A stretch of DNA of 64,000 bases from Auanema rhodensis (GCA_964057225.1 OZ059897.1:21824001-21888000), one strand, 5' to 3'; shown: positions 38,101 to 53,237, counted from the first letter of the stretch. A program made the numbers and translations. Notes: generated from the sequence alone by a model not told the origin.

Positions 38101-41100
38101 ACAAATTTTTATTGATATTGGTGCATGGTAACCATGACTTTGAAATTTACGTGAACTTTAATTTATGCTAATTAAATGTACACGTGATGTGCACTTGGTA
38201 TGTAACTCGCTTCACGTGAAAGATAAAGAAATGCGGTTTTCAAAATTAGATTCCTCATGTCCATATTAGTCTAAAAACAAATTTTTATTGATATTGGTGC
38301 ATGGTAACCATGACTTTGAAATTTACGTGAACTTTAATTTATGCTAATTAAATGTACACGTGATGTGCACTTGGTATGTAACTCGCTTCACGTGAAAGAT
38401 AAAGAGATGCGGTTTTCAAAATTAGATTCCTCATGTCCATATTAGTCTAAAAACAAATTTTTATTGATATTGGTTCATGGTAACCATGACTTTGAAGTTT
38501 ACGTGAACTTTTATTTATGCTAATTAAATGTACACGTGATGTGCACTTGGTATGTAACTCGCTTCACGTGAAAGATAAAGAGATGCGGTTTTCAAAATTA
38601 GATTCCCCATCTCCATATTAGTCTAAAAACAAATTTTCATTGATATTGGTGCATGGTAACCATGACTTTGAAATTTACGTGAACTTTAATTTATGCTAAT
38701 TAAATGTACACGTGATGTGCACTTGGTATGTAACTCGCTTCACGTGAAAGATAAAGAGATGCGGTTTTCAAAATTAGATTCCCCATGTCCATATTAGTCT
38801 AAAAACAAATTTTTATTGATATTGGTTCATGGTAACCATGACTTTGAAATTTACGTGAACTTTGATTTATGCTAATTAAATGTACACGTGATGTGCACTT
38901 GGTATGTAACTCGCTTCACGTGAAAGATAAAGAGATGCAGTTTTCAAAATTAGATTCCCCATGTCCATATTAGTCTAAAAACAAATTTGTATTGATATTG
39001 GTGCATGGTAACCATGACTTTGAAATTTACGTGAACTTTAATTTATGCTAATTAAATGTACACGTGATGTGCACTTGGTATGTAACTCGCTTCACGTGAA
39101 AGATAAAGAGATGCGGTTTTCAAAATTAGATTCCTCATGTCCATATTAGTCTAAAAACAAATTTTTATTGATATTGGTGCATGGTAACCATGACTTTGAA
39201 ATTTACGTGAACTTTAATTTATGCTAATTAAATGTACACGTGATGTGCACTTGGTATGTAACTCGCTTCACGTGAAAGATAAAGAGATGCGGTTTTCAAA
39301 ATTAGATTCCTCATGTCCATATTAGTCTAAAAACAAATTTTTATTGATATTGGTTCATGGTAACCATGACTTTGAAGTTTACGTGAACTTTTATTTATGC
39401 TAATTAAATGTACACGTGATGTGCACTTGGTATGTAACTCGCTTCACGTGAAAGATAAAGAGATGCGGTTTTCAAAATTAGATTCCTCATGTCCATATTA
39501 GTCTAAAAACAAATTTTTATTGATATTGGTGCATGGTAACCATGACTTTGAAATTTACGTGAACTTTAATTTATGCTAATTAAATGTACACGTGATGTGC
39601 ACTTGGTATGTAACTCGCTTCACGTGAAAGATAAAGAGATGCGGTTTACAAAATTAGATTCCCCATGTCCATATTAGTCTAAAAACAAATTTTTATTGAT
39701 ATTGGTGCATGGTAACCATGACTTTGAAATTTACGTGAACTTTAATTTATGCTAATTAAATGTACACGTGATGTGCACTTGGTATGTAACTCGCTTCACG
39801 TGAAAGATAAAGAGATGCGGTTTTCAAAATTAGATTCCTCATGTCCATATTAGTCTAAAAACAAATTTTTATTGATATTGGTGCATGGTAACCATGACTT
39901 TGAAATTTACGTGAACTTTAATTTATGCTAATTAAATGTACACGTGATGTGCACTTGGTATGTAACTCGCTTCACGTGAAAGATAAAGAGATGCGGTTTT
40001 CAAAATTAGATTCCCCATGTCCATATTAGTCTACAAACAAATTTTTATTGATATTGGTTCATGGTAACCATGACTTTGAAATTTACGTGAACTTTAATTT
40101 ATGCTAATTAAATGTACACGTGATGTGCACTTGGTATGTAACTCGCTTCACGTGAAAGATAAAGAGATGCGGTTTTCAAAATTAGATTCCCCATGTCCAT
40201 ATTAGTCTAAAAACAAATTTTTATTGATATTGGTGCATGGTAACCATGACTTTGAAATTTACGTGAACTTTAATTTATGCTAATTAAATGTACACGTGAT
40301 GTGCACTTGGTATGTAACTCGCTTCACGTGAAAGATAAAGAGATGCGGTTTTCAAAATTAGATTCCCCATGTCCATATTAGTCTAAAAACAAATTTTTAT
40401 CGTTATTGGTTCATGGTAACCATGACTTTGAAATTTACGTGAACTTTAATTTATGCTAATTAAATGTACACGTGATGTGCACTTGGTATGTAACTCGCTT
40501 CACGTGAAAGATAAAGAGATGCGGTTTTCAAAATTAGATTCCCCATGTCCATATTAGTCTAAAAACAAATTTTTATTGATATTGGTGCATGGTAACCATG
40601 ACTTTGAAATTTACGTGTACTTTAATTTATGCTAATTAAATGTACACGTGATGTGCACTTGGTATGTAACTCGCTTCACGTGAAAGATAAAGAGATGCGG
40701 TTTTCAAAATTAGATTCCCCAAGTCCATATTAGTCTAAAAACAAATTTTTATTGATATTGGTTCATGGTAACCATGACTTTGAAATTTACGTGAACTTTA
40801 ATTTATGCTAATTAAATGTACACGTGATGTGCACTTGGTATGTAACTCGCTTCACGTGAAAGATAAAGAGATGCGGTTTTCAAAATTAGATTCCCCATGT
40901 CCATATTAGTCTAAAAACAAATTTTTATTGATATTGGTTCATGGTAACCATGACTTTGAAATTTACGTGAACTTTAATTTATGCTAATTAAATGTACACG
41001 TGATGTGCACTTGGTATGTAACTCGCTTCACGTGAAAGATAAAGAGATGCGGTTTTCAAAATTAGATTCCTCATGTCCATATTAGTCTAAAAACAAATTT

Positions 41101-44100
41101 TTATTGATATTGGTGCATGGTAACCATGACTTTGAAATTTACGTGAACTTTAATTTATGCTAATTAAATGTACACGTGATGTGCACTTGGTATGTAACTC
41201 GCTTCACGTGAAAGATAAAGAGATGCGGTTTTCAAAATTAGATTCCCCATGTCCATATTAGTCTAAAAACAAATTTTTATTGATATTGGTGCATGGTAAC
41301 CATGACTTTGAAATTTACGTGAACTTTAATTTATGCTAATTAAATGTACACGTGATGTGCACTTGGTATGTAACTCGCTTCACATGAAAGATAAAGAGAT
41401 GCGGTTTTCAAAATTAGATTCCCCAAGTCCATATTAGTCTAAAAACAAATTTTTATTGATATTGGTTCATGGTAACCATGACTTTGAAATTTACGTGAAC
41501 TTTAATTTATGCTAATTAAATGTACACGTGATGTGCACTTGGTATGTAACTCGCTTCACGTGAAAGATAAAGAGATGCGGTTTTCAAAATTAGATTCCCC
41601 ATGTCCATATTAGTCTAAAAACAAATTTTTATTGATATTGGTTCATGGTAACCATGACTTTGAAATTTACGTGAACTTTAATTTATGCTAATTAAATGTA
41701 CACGTGATGTGCACTTGGTATGTAACTCGCTTCACGTGAAAGATAAAGAGATGCGGTTTTCAAAATTAGATTCCTCATGTCCATATTAGTCTAAAAACAA
41801 ATTTTTATTGATATTGGTGCATGGTAACCATGACTTTGAAATTTACGTGAACTTTAATTTATGCTAATTAAATGTACACGTGATGTGCACTTGGTATGTA
41901 ACTCGCTTCACGTGAAAGATAAAGAGATGCGGTTTTCAAAATTAGATTCCCCATGTCCATATTAGTCTAAAAACAAATTTTTATTGATATTGGTGCATGG
42001 TAACCATGACTTTGAAATTTACGTGAACTTTAATTTATGCTAATTAAATGTACACGTGATGTGCACTTGGTATGTAACTCGCTTCACATGAAAGATAAAG
42101 AGATGCGGTTTTCAAAATTAGATTCCCCAAGTCCATATTAGTCTAAAAACAAATTTTTATTGATATTGGTGCATGGTAACCATGACTTTGAAATTTACGT
42201 GAACTTTAATTTATGCTAATTAAATGTACACGTGATGTGCACTTGGTATGTAACTCGCTTCACGTGAAAGATAAAGAGATGCGGTTTTCAAAATTAGATT
42301 CCCCATGTCCATATTAGTCTAAAAACAAATTTTTATCGATATTGGTTCATGGTAACCATGACTTTGAAATTTACGTGAACTTTAATTTATGCTAATTAAA
42401 TGTACACGTGATGTGCACTTGGTATGTAACTCGCTTCACGTGAAAGATAAAGAGATGCGGTTTTCAAAATTAGATTCCCCATGTCCATATTAGTCTAAAA
42501 ACAAATTTTTATTGATATTGGTGCATGGTAACCATGACTTTGAAATTTACGTGTACATTAATTTATGCTAATTAAATGTACACGTGATGTGCACTTGGTA
42601 TGTAACTCGCTTCACGTGAAAGATAAAGAGATGCGGTTTTCAAAATTAGATTCCCCAAGTCCATATTAGTCTAAAAACAAATTTTTATTGATATTGGTTC
42701 ATGGTAACCATGACTTTGAAATTTACGTGAACTTTAATTTATGCTAATTAAATGTACACGTGATGTGCACTTGGTATGTAACTCGCTTCACGTGAAAGAT
42801 AAAGAGATGCGGTTTTCAAAATTAGATTCCCCATGTCCATATTAGTCTAAAAACAAATTTTTATTGATATTGGTTCATGGTAACCATGACTTTGAAATTT
42901 ACGTGAACTTTGATTTATGCTAATTAAATGTACACGTGATGTGCACTTGGTATGTAACTCGCTTCACGTGAAAGATAAAGAGATGCGGTTTTCAAAATTA
43001 GATTCCTCATGTCCATATTAGTCTAAAAACAAATTTTTATTGATATTGGTTCATGGTAACCATGACTTTGAAATTTACGTGAACTTTAATTTATGCTAAT
43101 TAAATGTACACGTGATGTGCACTTGGTATGTAACTCGCTTCACGTGAAAGATAAAGAGATGCGGTTTTCAAAATTAGATTCCTCATGTCCATATTAGTCT
43201 AAAAACAAATTTTTATTGATATTGGTTCATGGTAACCATGACTTTGAAATTTACGTGAACTTTGATTTATGCTAATTAAATGTACACGTGATGTGCACTT
43301 GGTATGTAACTCGCTTCACGTGAAAGATAAAGAGATGCGGTTTTCAAAATTAGATTCCCCAAGTCCATATTAGTCTAAAAACAAATTTTTATTGATATTG
43401 GTTCATGGTAACCATGACTTTGAAATTTACGTGAACTTTAATTTATGCTAATTAAATGTACACGTGATGTGCACTTGGTATGTAACTCGCTTCACGTGAA
43501 AGATAAAGAGATGCGGTTTTCAAAATTAGATTCCCCATGTCCATATTAGTCTAAAAACAAAATTTTATTGATATTGGTTCATGGTAACCATGACTTTGAA
43601 ATTTACGTGAACTTTGATTTATGCTAATTAAATGTACACGTGATGTGCACTTGGTATGTAACTCGCTTCACGTGAAAGATAAAGAGATGCGGTTTTCAAA
43701 ATTAGATTCCCCAAGTCCATATTAGTCTAAAAACAAATTTTTATTGATATTGGTTCATGGTAACCATGACTTTGAAATTTACGTGAACTTTAATTTATGC
43801 TAATTAAATGTACACGTGATGTGCACTTGGTATGTAACTCGCTTCACGTGAAAGATAAAGAGATGCGGTTTTCAAAATTAGATTCCCCATGTCCATATTA
43901 GTCTAAAAACAAATTTTTATTGATATTGGTTCATGGTAACCATGACTTTGAAATTTACGTGAACTTTGATTTATGCTAATTAAATGTACACGTGATGTGC
44001 ACTTGGTATGTAACTCGCTTCACGTGAAAGATAAAGAGATGCGGTTTTCAAAATTAGATTCCTCATGTCCATATTAGTCTAAAAACAAATTTTTATTGAT

Positions 44101-47100
44101 ATTGGTTCATGGTAACCATGACTTTGAAATTTACGTGAACTTTAATTTATGCTAATTAAATGTACACGTGATGTGCACTTGGTATGTAACTCGCTTCACG
44201 TGAAAGATAAAGAGATGCGGTTTTCAAAATTAGATTCCTCATGTCCATATTAGTCTAAAAACAAATTTTTATTGATATTGGTTCATGGTAACCATGACTT
44301 TGAAATTTACGTGAACTTTGATTTATGCTAATTAAATGTACACGTGATGTGCACTTGGTATGTAACTCGCTTCACGTGAAAGATAAAGAGATGCGGTTTT
44401 CAAAATTAGATTCCCCAAGTCCATATTAGTCTAAAAACAAATTTTTATTGATATTGGTTCATGGTAACCATGACTTTGAAATTTACGTGAACTTTAATTT
44501 ATGCTAATTAAATGTACACGTGATGTGCACTTGGTATGTAACTCGCTTCACGTGAAAGATAAAGAGATGCGGTTTTCAAAATTAGATTCCCCATGTCCAT
44601 ATTAGTCTAAAAACAAATTTTTATTGATATTGGTTCATGGTAACCATGACTTTGAAATTTACGTGAACTTTGATTTATGCTAATTAAATGTACACGTGAT
44701 GTGCACTTGGTATGTAACTCGCTTCACGTGAAAGATAAAGAGATGCGGTTTTCAAAATTAGATTCCTCATGTCCATATTAGTCTAAAAACAAATTTTTAT
44801 TGATATTGGTTCATGGTAACCATGACTTTGAAATTTACGTGAACTTTAATTTATGCTAATTAAATGTACACGTGATGTGCACTTGGTATGTAACTCGCTT
44901 CACGTGAAAGATAAAGAGATGCGGTTTTCAAAATTAGATTCCTCATGTCCATATTAGTCTAAAAACAAATTTTTATTGATATTGGTTCATGGTAACCATG
45001 ACTTTGAAATTTACGTGAACTTTAATTTATGCTAATTAAATGTACACGTGATGTGCACTTGGTATGTAACTCGCTTCACGTGAAAGATAAAGAGATGCGG
45101 TTTTCAAAATTAGATTCCCCATGTCCATATTAGTCTAAAAACAAATTTTTATTGATATTGGTGCATGGTAACCATGACTTTGAAATTTACGTGAACTTTA
45201 ATTTATGCTAATTAAATGTACACGTGATGTGCACTTGGTATGTAACCCGCTTCACGTGAAAGATAAAGAGATGCGGTTTTCAAAATTAGATTCCCCATGT
45301 CCATATTAGTCTAAAAACAAAATTTTATTGATATTGGTTCATGGTAACCATGACTTTGAAATTTACGTGAACTTTGATTTATGCTAATTAAATGTACACG
45401 TGATGTGCACTTGGTATGTAACTCGCTTCACGTGAAAGATAAAGAGATGCGGTTTTCAAAATTAGATTCCCCAAGTCCATATTAGTCTAAAAACAAATTT
45501 TTATTGATATTGGTTCATGGTAACCATGACTTTGAAATTTACGTGAACTTTAATTTATGCTAATTAAATGTACACGTGATGTGCACTTGGTATGTAACTC
45601 GCTTCACGTGAAAGATAAAGAGATGCGGTTTTCAAAATTAGATTCCCCATGTCCATATTAGTCTAAAAACAAATTTTTATTGATATTGGTTCATGGTAAC
45701 CATGACTTTGAAATTTACGTGAACTTTGATTTATGCTAATTAAATGTACACGTGATGTGCACTTGGTATGTAACTCGCTTCACGTGAAAGATAAAGAGAT
45801 GCGGTTTTCAAAATTAGATTCCTCATGTCCATATTAGTCTAAAAACAAATTTTTATTGATATTGGTTCATGGTAACCATGACTTTGAAATTTACGTGAAC
45901 TTTAATTTATGCTAATTAAATGTACACGTGATGTGCACTTGGTATGTAACTCGCTTCACGTGAAAGATAAAGAGATGCGGTTTTCAAAATTAGATTCCCC
46001 ATGTCCATATTAGTCTAAAAACAAATTTTTATTGATATTGGTTCATGGTAACCATGACTTTGAAATTTACGTGAACTTTGATTTATGCTAATTAAATGTA
46101 CACGTGATGTGCACTTGGTATGTAACTCGCTTCACGTGAAAGATAAAGAGATGCGGTTTTCAAAATTAGATTCCTCATGTCCATATTAGTCTAAAAACAA
46201 ATTTTTATTGATATTGGTTCATGGTAACCATGACTTTGAAATTTACGTGAACTTTAATTTATGCTAATTAAATGTACACGTGATGTGCACTTGGTATGTA
46301 ACTCGCTTCACGTGAAAGATAAAGAGATGCGGTTTTCAAAATTAGATTCCTCATGTCCATATTAGTCTAAAAACAAATTTTTATTGATATTGGTTCATGG
46401 TAACCATGACTTTGAAATTTACGTGAACTTTAATTTATGCTAATTAAATGTACACGTGATGTGCACTTGGTATGTAACTCGCTTCACGTGAAAGATAAAG
46501 AGATGCGGTTTTCAAAATTAGATTCCCCATGTCCATATTAGTCTAAAAACAAATTTTTATTGATATTGGTGCATGGTAACCATGACTTTGAAATTTACGT
46601 GAACTTTAATTTATGCTAATTAAATGTACACGTGATGTGCACTTGGTATGTAACCCGCTTCACGTGAAAGATAAAGAGATGCGGTTTTCAAAATTAGATT
46701 CCCCATGTCCATATTAGTCTAAAAACAAAATTTTATTGATATTGGTTCATGGTAACCATGACTTTGAAATTTACGTGAACTTTGATTTATGCTAATTAAA
46801 TGTACACGTGATGTGCACTTGGTATGTAACTCGCTTCACGTGAAAGATAAAGAGATGCGGTTTTCAAAATTAGATTCCCCAAGTCCATATTAGTCTAAAA
46901 ACAAATTTTTATTGATATTGGTTCATGGTAACCATGACTTTGAAATTTACGTGAACTTTAATTTATGCTAATTAAATGTACACGTGATGTGCACTTGGTA
47001 TGTAACTCGCTTCACGTGAAAGATAAAGAGATGCGGTTTTCAAAATTAGATTCCCCATGTCCATATTAGTCTAAAAACAAATTTTTATTGATATTGGTTC

Positions 47101-49321
47101 ATGGTAACCATGACTTTGAAATTTACGTGAACTTTGATTTATGCTAATTAAATGTACACGTGATGTGCACTTGGTATGTAACTCGCTTCACGTGAAAGAT
47201 AAAGAGATGCGGTTTTCAAAATTAGATTCCTCATGTCCATATTAGTCTAAAAACAAATTTTTATTGATATTGGTTCATGGTAACCATGACTTTGAAATTT
47301 ACGTGAACTTTAATTTATGCTAATTAAATGTACACGTGATGTGCACTTGGTATGTAACTCGCTTCACGTGAAAGATAAAGAGATGCGGTTTTCAAAATTA
47401 GATTCCTCATGTCCATATTAGTCTAAAAACAAATTTTTATTGATATTGGTTCATGGTAACCATGACTTTGAAATTTACGTGAACTTTAATTTATGCTAAT
47501 TAAATGTACACGTGATGTGCACTTGGTATGTAACTCGCTTCACGTGAAAGATAAAGAGATGCGGTTTTCAAAATTAGATTCCCCATGTCCATATTAGTCT
47601 AAAAACAAATTTTTATTGATATTGGTGCATGGTAACCATGACTTTGAAATTTACGTGAACTTTAATTTATGCTAATTAAATGTACACGTGATGTGCACTT
47701 GGTATGTAACCCGCTTCACGTGAAAGATAAAGAGATGCGGTTTTCAAAATTAGATTCCCCATGTCCATATTAGTCTAAAAACAAAATTTTATTGATATTG
47801 GTTCATGGTAACCATGACTTTGAAATTTACGTGAACTTTGATTTATGCTAATTAAATGTACACGTGATGTGCACTTGGTATGTAACTCGCTTCACGTGAA
47901 AGATAAAGAGATGCGGTTTTCAAAATTAGATTCCCCAAGTCCATATTAGTCTAAAAACAAATTTTTATTGATATTGGTTCATGGTAACCATGACTTTGAA
48001 ATTTACGTGAACTTTAATTTATGCTAATTAAATGTACACGTGATGTGCACTTGGTATGTAACTCGCTTCACGTGAAAGATAAAGAGATGCGGTTTTCAAA
48101 ATTAGATTCCCCATGTCCATATTAGTCTAAAAACAAATTTTTATTGATATTGGTTCATGGTAACCATGACTTTGAAATTTACGTGAACTTTGATTTATGC
48201 TAATTAAATGTACACGTGATGTGCACTTGGTATGTAACTCGCTTCACGTGAAAGATAAAGAGATGCGGTTTTCAAAATTAGATTCCTCATGTCCATATTA
48301 GTCTAAAAACAAATTTTTATTGATATTGGTTCATGGTAACCATGACTTTGAAATTTACGTGAACTTTAATTTATGCTAATTAAATGTACACGTGATGTGC
48401 ACTTGGTATGTAACTCGCTTCACGTGAAAGATAAAGAGATGCGGTTTTCAAAATTAGATTCCTCATGTCCATATTAGTCTAAAAACAAATTTTTATTGAT
48501 ATTGGTTCATGGTAACCATGACTTTGAAATTTACGTGAACTTTAATTTATGCTAATTAAATGTACACGTGATGTGCACTTGGTATGTAACTCGCTTCACG
48601 TGAAAGATAAAGAGATGCGGTTTTCAAAATTAGATTCCCCATGTCCATATTAGTCTAAAAACAAATTTTTATTGATATTGGTGCATGGTAACCATGACTT
48701 TGAAATTTACGTGAACTTTAATTTATGCTAATTAAATGTACACGTGATGTGCACTTGGTATGTAACCCGCTTCACGTGAAAGATAAAGAGATGCGGTTTT
48801 CAAAATTAGATTCCCCATGTCCATATTAGTCTAAAAACAAAATTTTATTGATATTGGTTCATGGTAACCATGACTTTGAAATTTACGTGAACTTTGATTT
48901 ATGCTAATTAAATGTACACGTGATGTGCACTTGGTATGTAACTCGCTTCACGTGAAAGATAAAGAGATGCGGTTTTCAAAATTAGATTCCCCATGTCCAT
49001 ATTAGTCTAAAAACAAAATTTTATTGATATTGGTTCATGGTAACCATGACTTTGAAATTTACGTGAACTTTGATTTATGCTAATTAAATGTACACGTTTG
49101 AACGGGTTTATTGTTCGAATCACAGGTTAAAAGCGGAAACAATGTTAATAAATAGAGAAAATTGTAGATATACAGAAGAACCTTACAATACAAACATACA
49201 TAATAATTGGCTAGATATATGTAAATAAACGAGTCGTGCATATTTCCTTTTATTATGATAGCGTACAGCACTACTGGTGTGTTAAAGTTTCGAAGTTCTA
49301 GTTAGGTAAAGGAGAGAAAAG

Positions 49322-49466
49322 TTGTTCAGTGTAGATCACTGACCTCTGTAGTATTCTGACAGGTGCGGTGGAACTCTTGACATGAGTCGAGCCCGTTCTG
49401 ACAGTAAGAGGTAACTAACGCTTGATCCATATGACTAATGTCTATAGGATTCGGAGCATAGTAACA
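49322..49466 (-). ncRNA. Conserved structured 3' UTR RNA element, family B copy 1
   Basis: Homologous to 3713-3856 with covarying stems (ACCUCU/AGAGGU versus ACCUCC/GGAGGU; CAGUG/CACUG versus CAGC/GCUG). Confidence 0.7.
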
Positions 49467-49583
49467 GGTCTCGGAGGTTAACTAGGAAACTGTCTAGCTA
49501 TAACATGCAGTGAGGCTAGCAGGCTAGTAATATGGAAAAAAATATACATGAGCAAGATTTCAAGTTACATTAATCAGAGCAGG

Positions 49584-49872
49584 TTAAAAATCATTTAAAA
49601 TAACAGATAGGTGTTTTCTGAAGCTGGAGGTGTTTCTCAGTTGAATGATGTTTTCAGGAAGAGCGTTCCAGATTTGAATAGCTCTGTATTCAATTCCAGT
49701 TCTAGTTTCGCTTCTCCAAAGATCAGGATATTCAACATTCCATAGATGCCTACGAAGTGAATGTGCGTAGTGCTTGATAGTAAAAAAATTAAGGCTGTTT
49801 TCTGGAATGTTTTTAGTTATCTGATTGTGATAGAAGACGAGATCAATTAACAGTCTTCTAAAAGATAGAGAT
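49584..49872 (-). pseudogene. ORF2 (RT) C-terminal fragment, family B
   Basis: LSFRRLLIDLVFY..HSLRRHLWNV..RTGIEYRAIQIWNALPENIIQ..SFRKHL aligns to family A LSTRRLVTDLLFY..HSLRRHQWNV..RNGIEYRAIKAWNSLPENLIQ..SFKKHL (about half identical). Confidence 0.93.
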
Positions 49873-52868
49873 ACGTGATGTGCACTTGGTATGTAACCCG
49901 CTTCACGTGAAAGATAAAGAGATGCGGTTTTCAAAATTAGATTCCCCATGTCCATATTAGTCTAAAAACAAATTTTTATTGATATTGGTGCATGGTAACC
50001 ATGACTTTGAAATTTACGTGAACTTTAATTTATGCTAATTAAATGTACACGTGATGTGCACTTGGTATGTAACTCGCTTCACGTGAAAGATAAAGAGATG
50101 CGGTTTTCAAAATTAGATTCCCCATGTCCATATTAGTCTAAAAACAAATTTTTATTGATATTGGTGCATGGTAACCATGACTTTAAAATTTACGTGAACT
50201 TTAATTTATGCTAATTAAATGTACACGTGATGTGCACTTGGTATGTAACTCGCTTCACGTGAAAGATAAAGAGATGCGGTTTTCAAAATTAGATTCCCCA
50301 TGTCCATATTAGTCTAAAAACAAATTTTTATTGATATTGGTTCATGGTAACCATGACTTTGAAATTTACGTGAACTTTAATTTATGCTAATTAAATGTAC
50401 ACGTGATGTGCACTTGGTATGTAACTCGCTTCACGTGAAAGATAAAGAGATGCGGTTTTCAAAATTAGATTCCCCAAGTCCATATTAGTCTAAAAACAAA
50501 TTTTTATTGATATTGGTTCATGGTAACCATGACTTTGAAATTTACGTGAACTTTAATTTATGCTAATTAAATGTACACGTGATGTGCACTTGGTATGTAA
50601 CTCGCTTCACGTGAAAGATAAAGAGATGCGGTTTTCAAAATTAGATTCCCCATGTCCATATTAGTCTAAAAACAAATTTTTATTGATATTGGTGCATGGT
50701 AACCATGACTTTGAAATTTACGTGAACTTTAATTTATGCTAATTAAATGTACACGTGATGTGCACTTGGTATGTAACTCGCTTCACGTGAAAGATAAAGA
50801 GATGCGGTTTTCAAAATTAGATTCCCCATGTCCATATTAGTCTAAAAACAAATTTTTATTGATATTGGTGCATGGTAACCATGACTTTGAAATTTACGTG
50901 AACTTTAATTTATGCTAATTAAATGTACACGTGATGTGCACTTGGTATGTAACTCGCTTCACGTGAAAGATAAAGAGATGCGGTTTTCAAAATTAGATTC
51001 CGCATGTCCATATTAGTCTAAAAACAAATTTTTATTGATATTGGTTCATGGTAACCATGACTTTGAAATTGACGTGAACTTTAATTTATGCTAATTAAAT
51101 GTACACGTGATGTGCACTTGGTATGTAACTCGCTTCAAGTGAAAGATAAAGAGATGCGGTTCTCAAAATTAGATTCCCCATGTCCATATTAGTCTAAAAA
51201 CAAATTTTTATTGATATTGGTGCATGGTAACCATGACTTTGAAATTTACGTGAACTTTGATTTATGCTAATTAAATGTACACGTGATGTGCACTTGGTAT
51301 GTAACTCGCTTCACGTGAAAGATAAAGAGATGCGGTTTTCAAAATTAGATTCCCCAAGTCCATATTAGTCTAAAAACAAATTTTTATTGATATTGGTTCA
51401 TGGTAACCATGACTTTGAAATTTACGTGAACTTTGATTTATGCTAATTAAATGTACACGTGATGTGCACTTGGTATGTAACTCGCTTCACGTGAAAGATA
51501 AAGAGATGCGGTTTTCAAAATTAGATTCCCCATGTCCATATTAGTCTAAAAACAAATTTTTATTGATATTGGTTCATGGTAACCATGACTTTGAAATTTA
51601 CGTGAACTTTGATTTATGCTAATTAAATGTACACGTGATGTGCACTTGGTATGTAACTCGCTTCACGTGAAAGATAAAGAGATGCGGTTTTCAAAATTAG
51701 ATTCCCCATGTCCATATTAGTCTAAAAACAAATTTTTATCGATATTGGTTCATGGTAACCATGACTTTGAAATTTACGTGAACTTTAATTTATGCTAATT
51801 AAATGTACACGTGATGTGCACTTGGTATGTAACTCGCTTCACGTGAAAGATAAAGAGATGCGGTTTTCACAATTAGGTTCCCCATGTCCATATTAGTCTA
51901 AAAACAAATTTTTATTGATATTGGTGCATGGTAACCATGACTTTGAAATTTACGTGAACTTTAATTTATGCTAATTAAATGTACACGTGATGTGCACTTG
52001 GTATGTAACTCGCTTCACGTGAAAGATAAAGAGATGCGGTTTTCAAAATTAGATTCCCCAAGTCCATATTAGTCTAAAAACAAATTTTTATTGATATTGG
52101 TTCATGGTAACCATGACTTTGAAATTTACGTGAACTTTAATTTATGCTAATTAAATGTACACGTGATGTGCACTTGGTATGTAACTCGCTTCACGTGAAA
52201 GATAAAGAGATGCGGTTTTCAAAATTAGATTCCCCATGTCCATATTAGTCTAAAAACAAATTTTTATTGATATTGGTTCATGGTAACCATGACTTTGAAA
52301 TTTACGTGAACTTTGATTTATGCTAATTAAATGTACACGTGATGTGCACTTGGTATGTAACTCGCTTCACGTGAAAGATAAAGAGATGCGGTTTTCAAAA
52401 TTAGATTCCCCATGTCCATATTAGTCTAAAAACAAATTTTTATCGATATTGGTTCATGGTAACCATGACTTTGAAATTTACGTGAACTTTAATTTATGCT
52501 AATTAAATGTACACGTGATGTGCACTTGGTATGTAACTCGCTTCACGTGAAAGATAAAGAGATGCGGCTTTCAAAATTAGATTCCCCATGTCCATATTAG
52601 TCTAAAAACAAATTTTTATCGATATTGGTTCATGGTAACCATGACTTTGAAATTTACGTGAACTTTAATTTATGCTAATTAAATGTACACGTGATGTGCA
52701 CTTGGTATGTAACTCGCTTCACGTGAAAGATAAAGAGATGCGGTTTTCAAAATTAGATTCCCCATGTCCATATTAGTCTAAAAACAAATTTTTATTGATA
52801 TTGGTTCATGGTAACCATGACTTTGAAATTTACGTGAACTTTAATTTATGCTAATTAAATGTACACGT
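49873..52868. repeat. 176-bp satellite, block 3 (17 monomers)
   Basis: 2996 bp = 17x176 + 4-bp duplication. Confidence 0.99.
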
Positions 52869-53092
52869 TTGAACGGGTTTATTGTTCGAATCACAGGTTA
52901 AAAGCGGAAACAATGTTAATAAATAGAGAAAATTGTAGATATACAGAAGAACCTTACAATACAAACATACATAATAATTGGCTAGATATATGTAAATAAA
53001 CGAGTCGTGCATATTTCCTTTTATTATGATAGCGTACAGCACTACTGGTGTGTTAAAGTTTCGAAGTTCTAGTTAGGTAAAGGAGAGAAAAG

Positions 53093-53237
53093 TTGTTCAG
53101 TGTAGATCACTGACCTCTGTAGTATTCTGACAGGTGCGGTGGAACTCTTGACATGAGTCGAGCCCGTTCTGACAGTAAGAGGTAACTAACGCTTGATCCA
53201 TATGACTAATGTCTATAGGATTCGGAGCATAGTAACA
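53093..53237 (-). ncRNA. Conserved structured 3' UTR RNA element, family B copy 2
   Basis: Copy of 49322-49466 at +3771. Confidence 0.7.

Larger units (their letters stand above)
8085..49097. repeat. 176-bp tandem satellite array, block 2 (~233 monomers) with higher-order duplications
   Basis: Uninterrupted 176-bp periodicity, same monomer and orientation as block 1. Only point variants seen. Confidence 0.99.
49098..49872 (-). mobile_element. 5'-truncated CR1-like LINE, family B, copy 1 (775 bp)
   Basis: Contains the RT C-terminal ~95 codons plus a 486-nt 3' UTR homologous to family A. Flanked by ACGT (49094-49097 and 49873-49876). Confidence 0.95.

Noticed and set aside
49235-49245. CGTGCATATTT in the family B UTR as an internal guide matching the target CGTGTACATTT (9/11)
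   Set aside because: Short, AT-rich and with no counterpart in family A, so compatible with chance.
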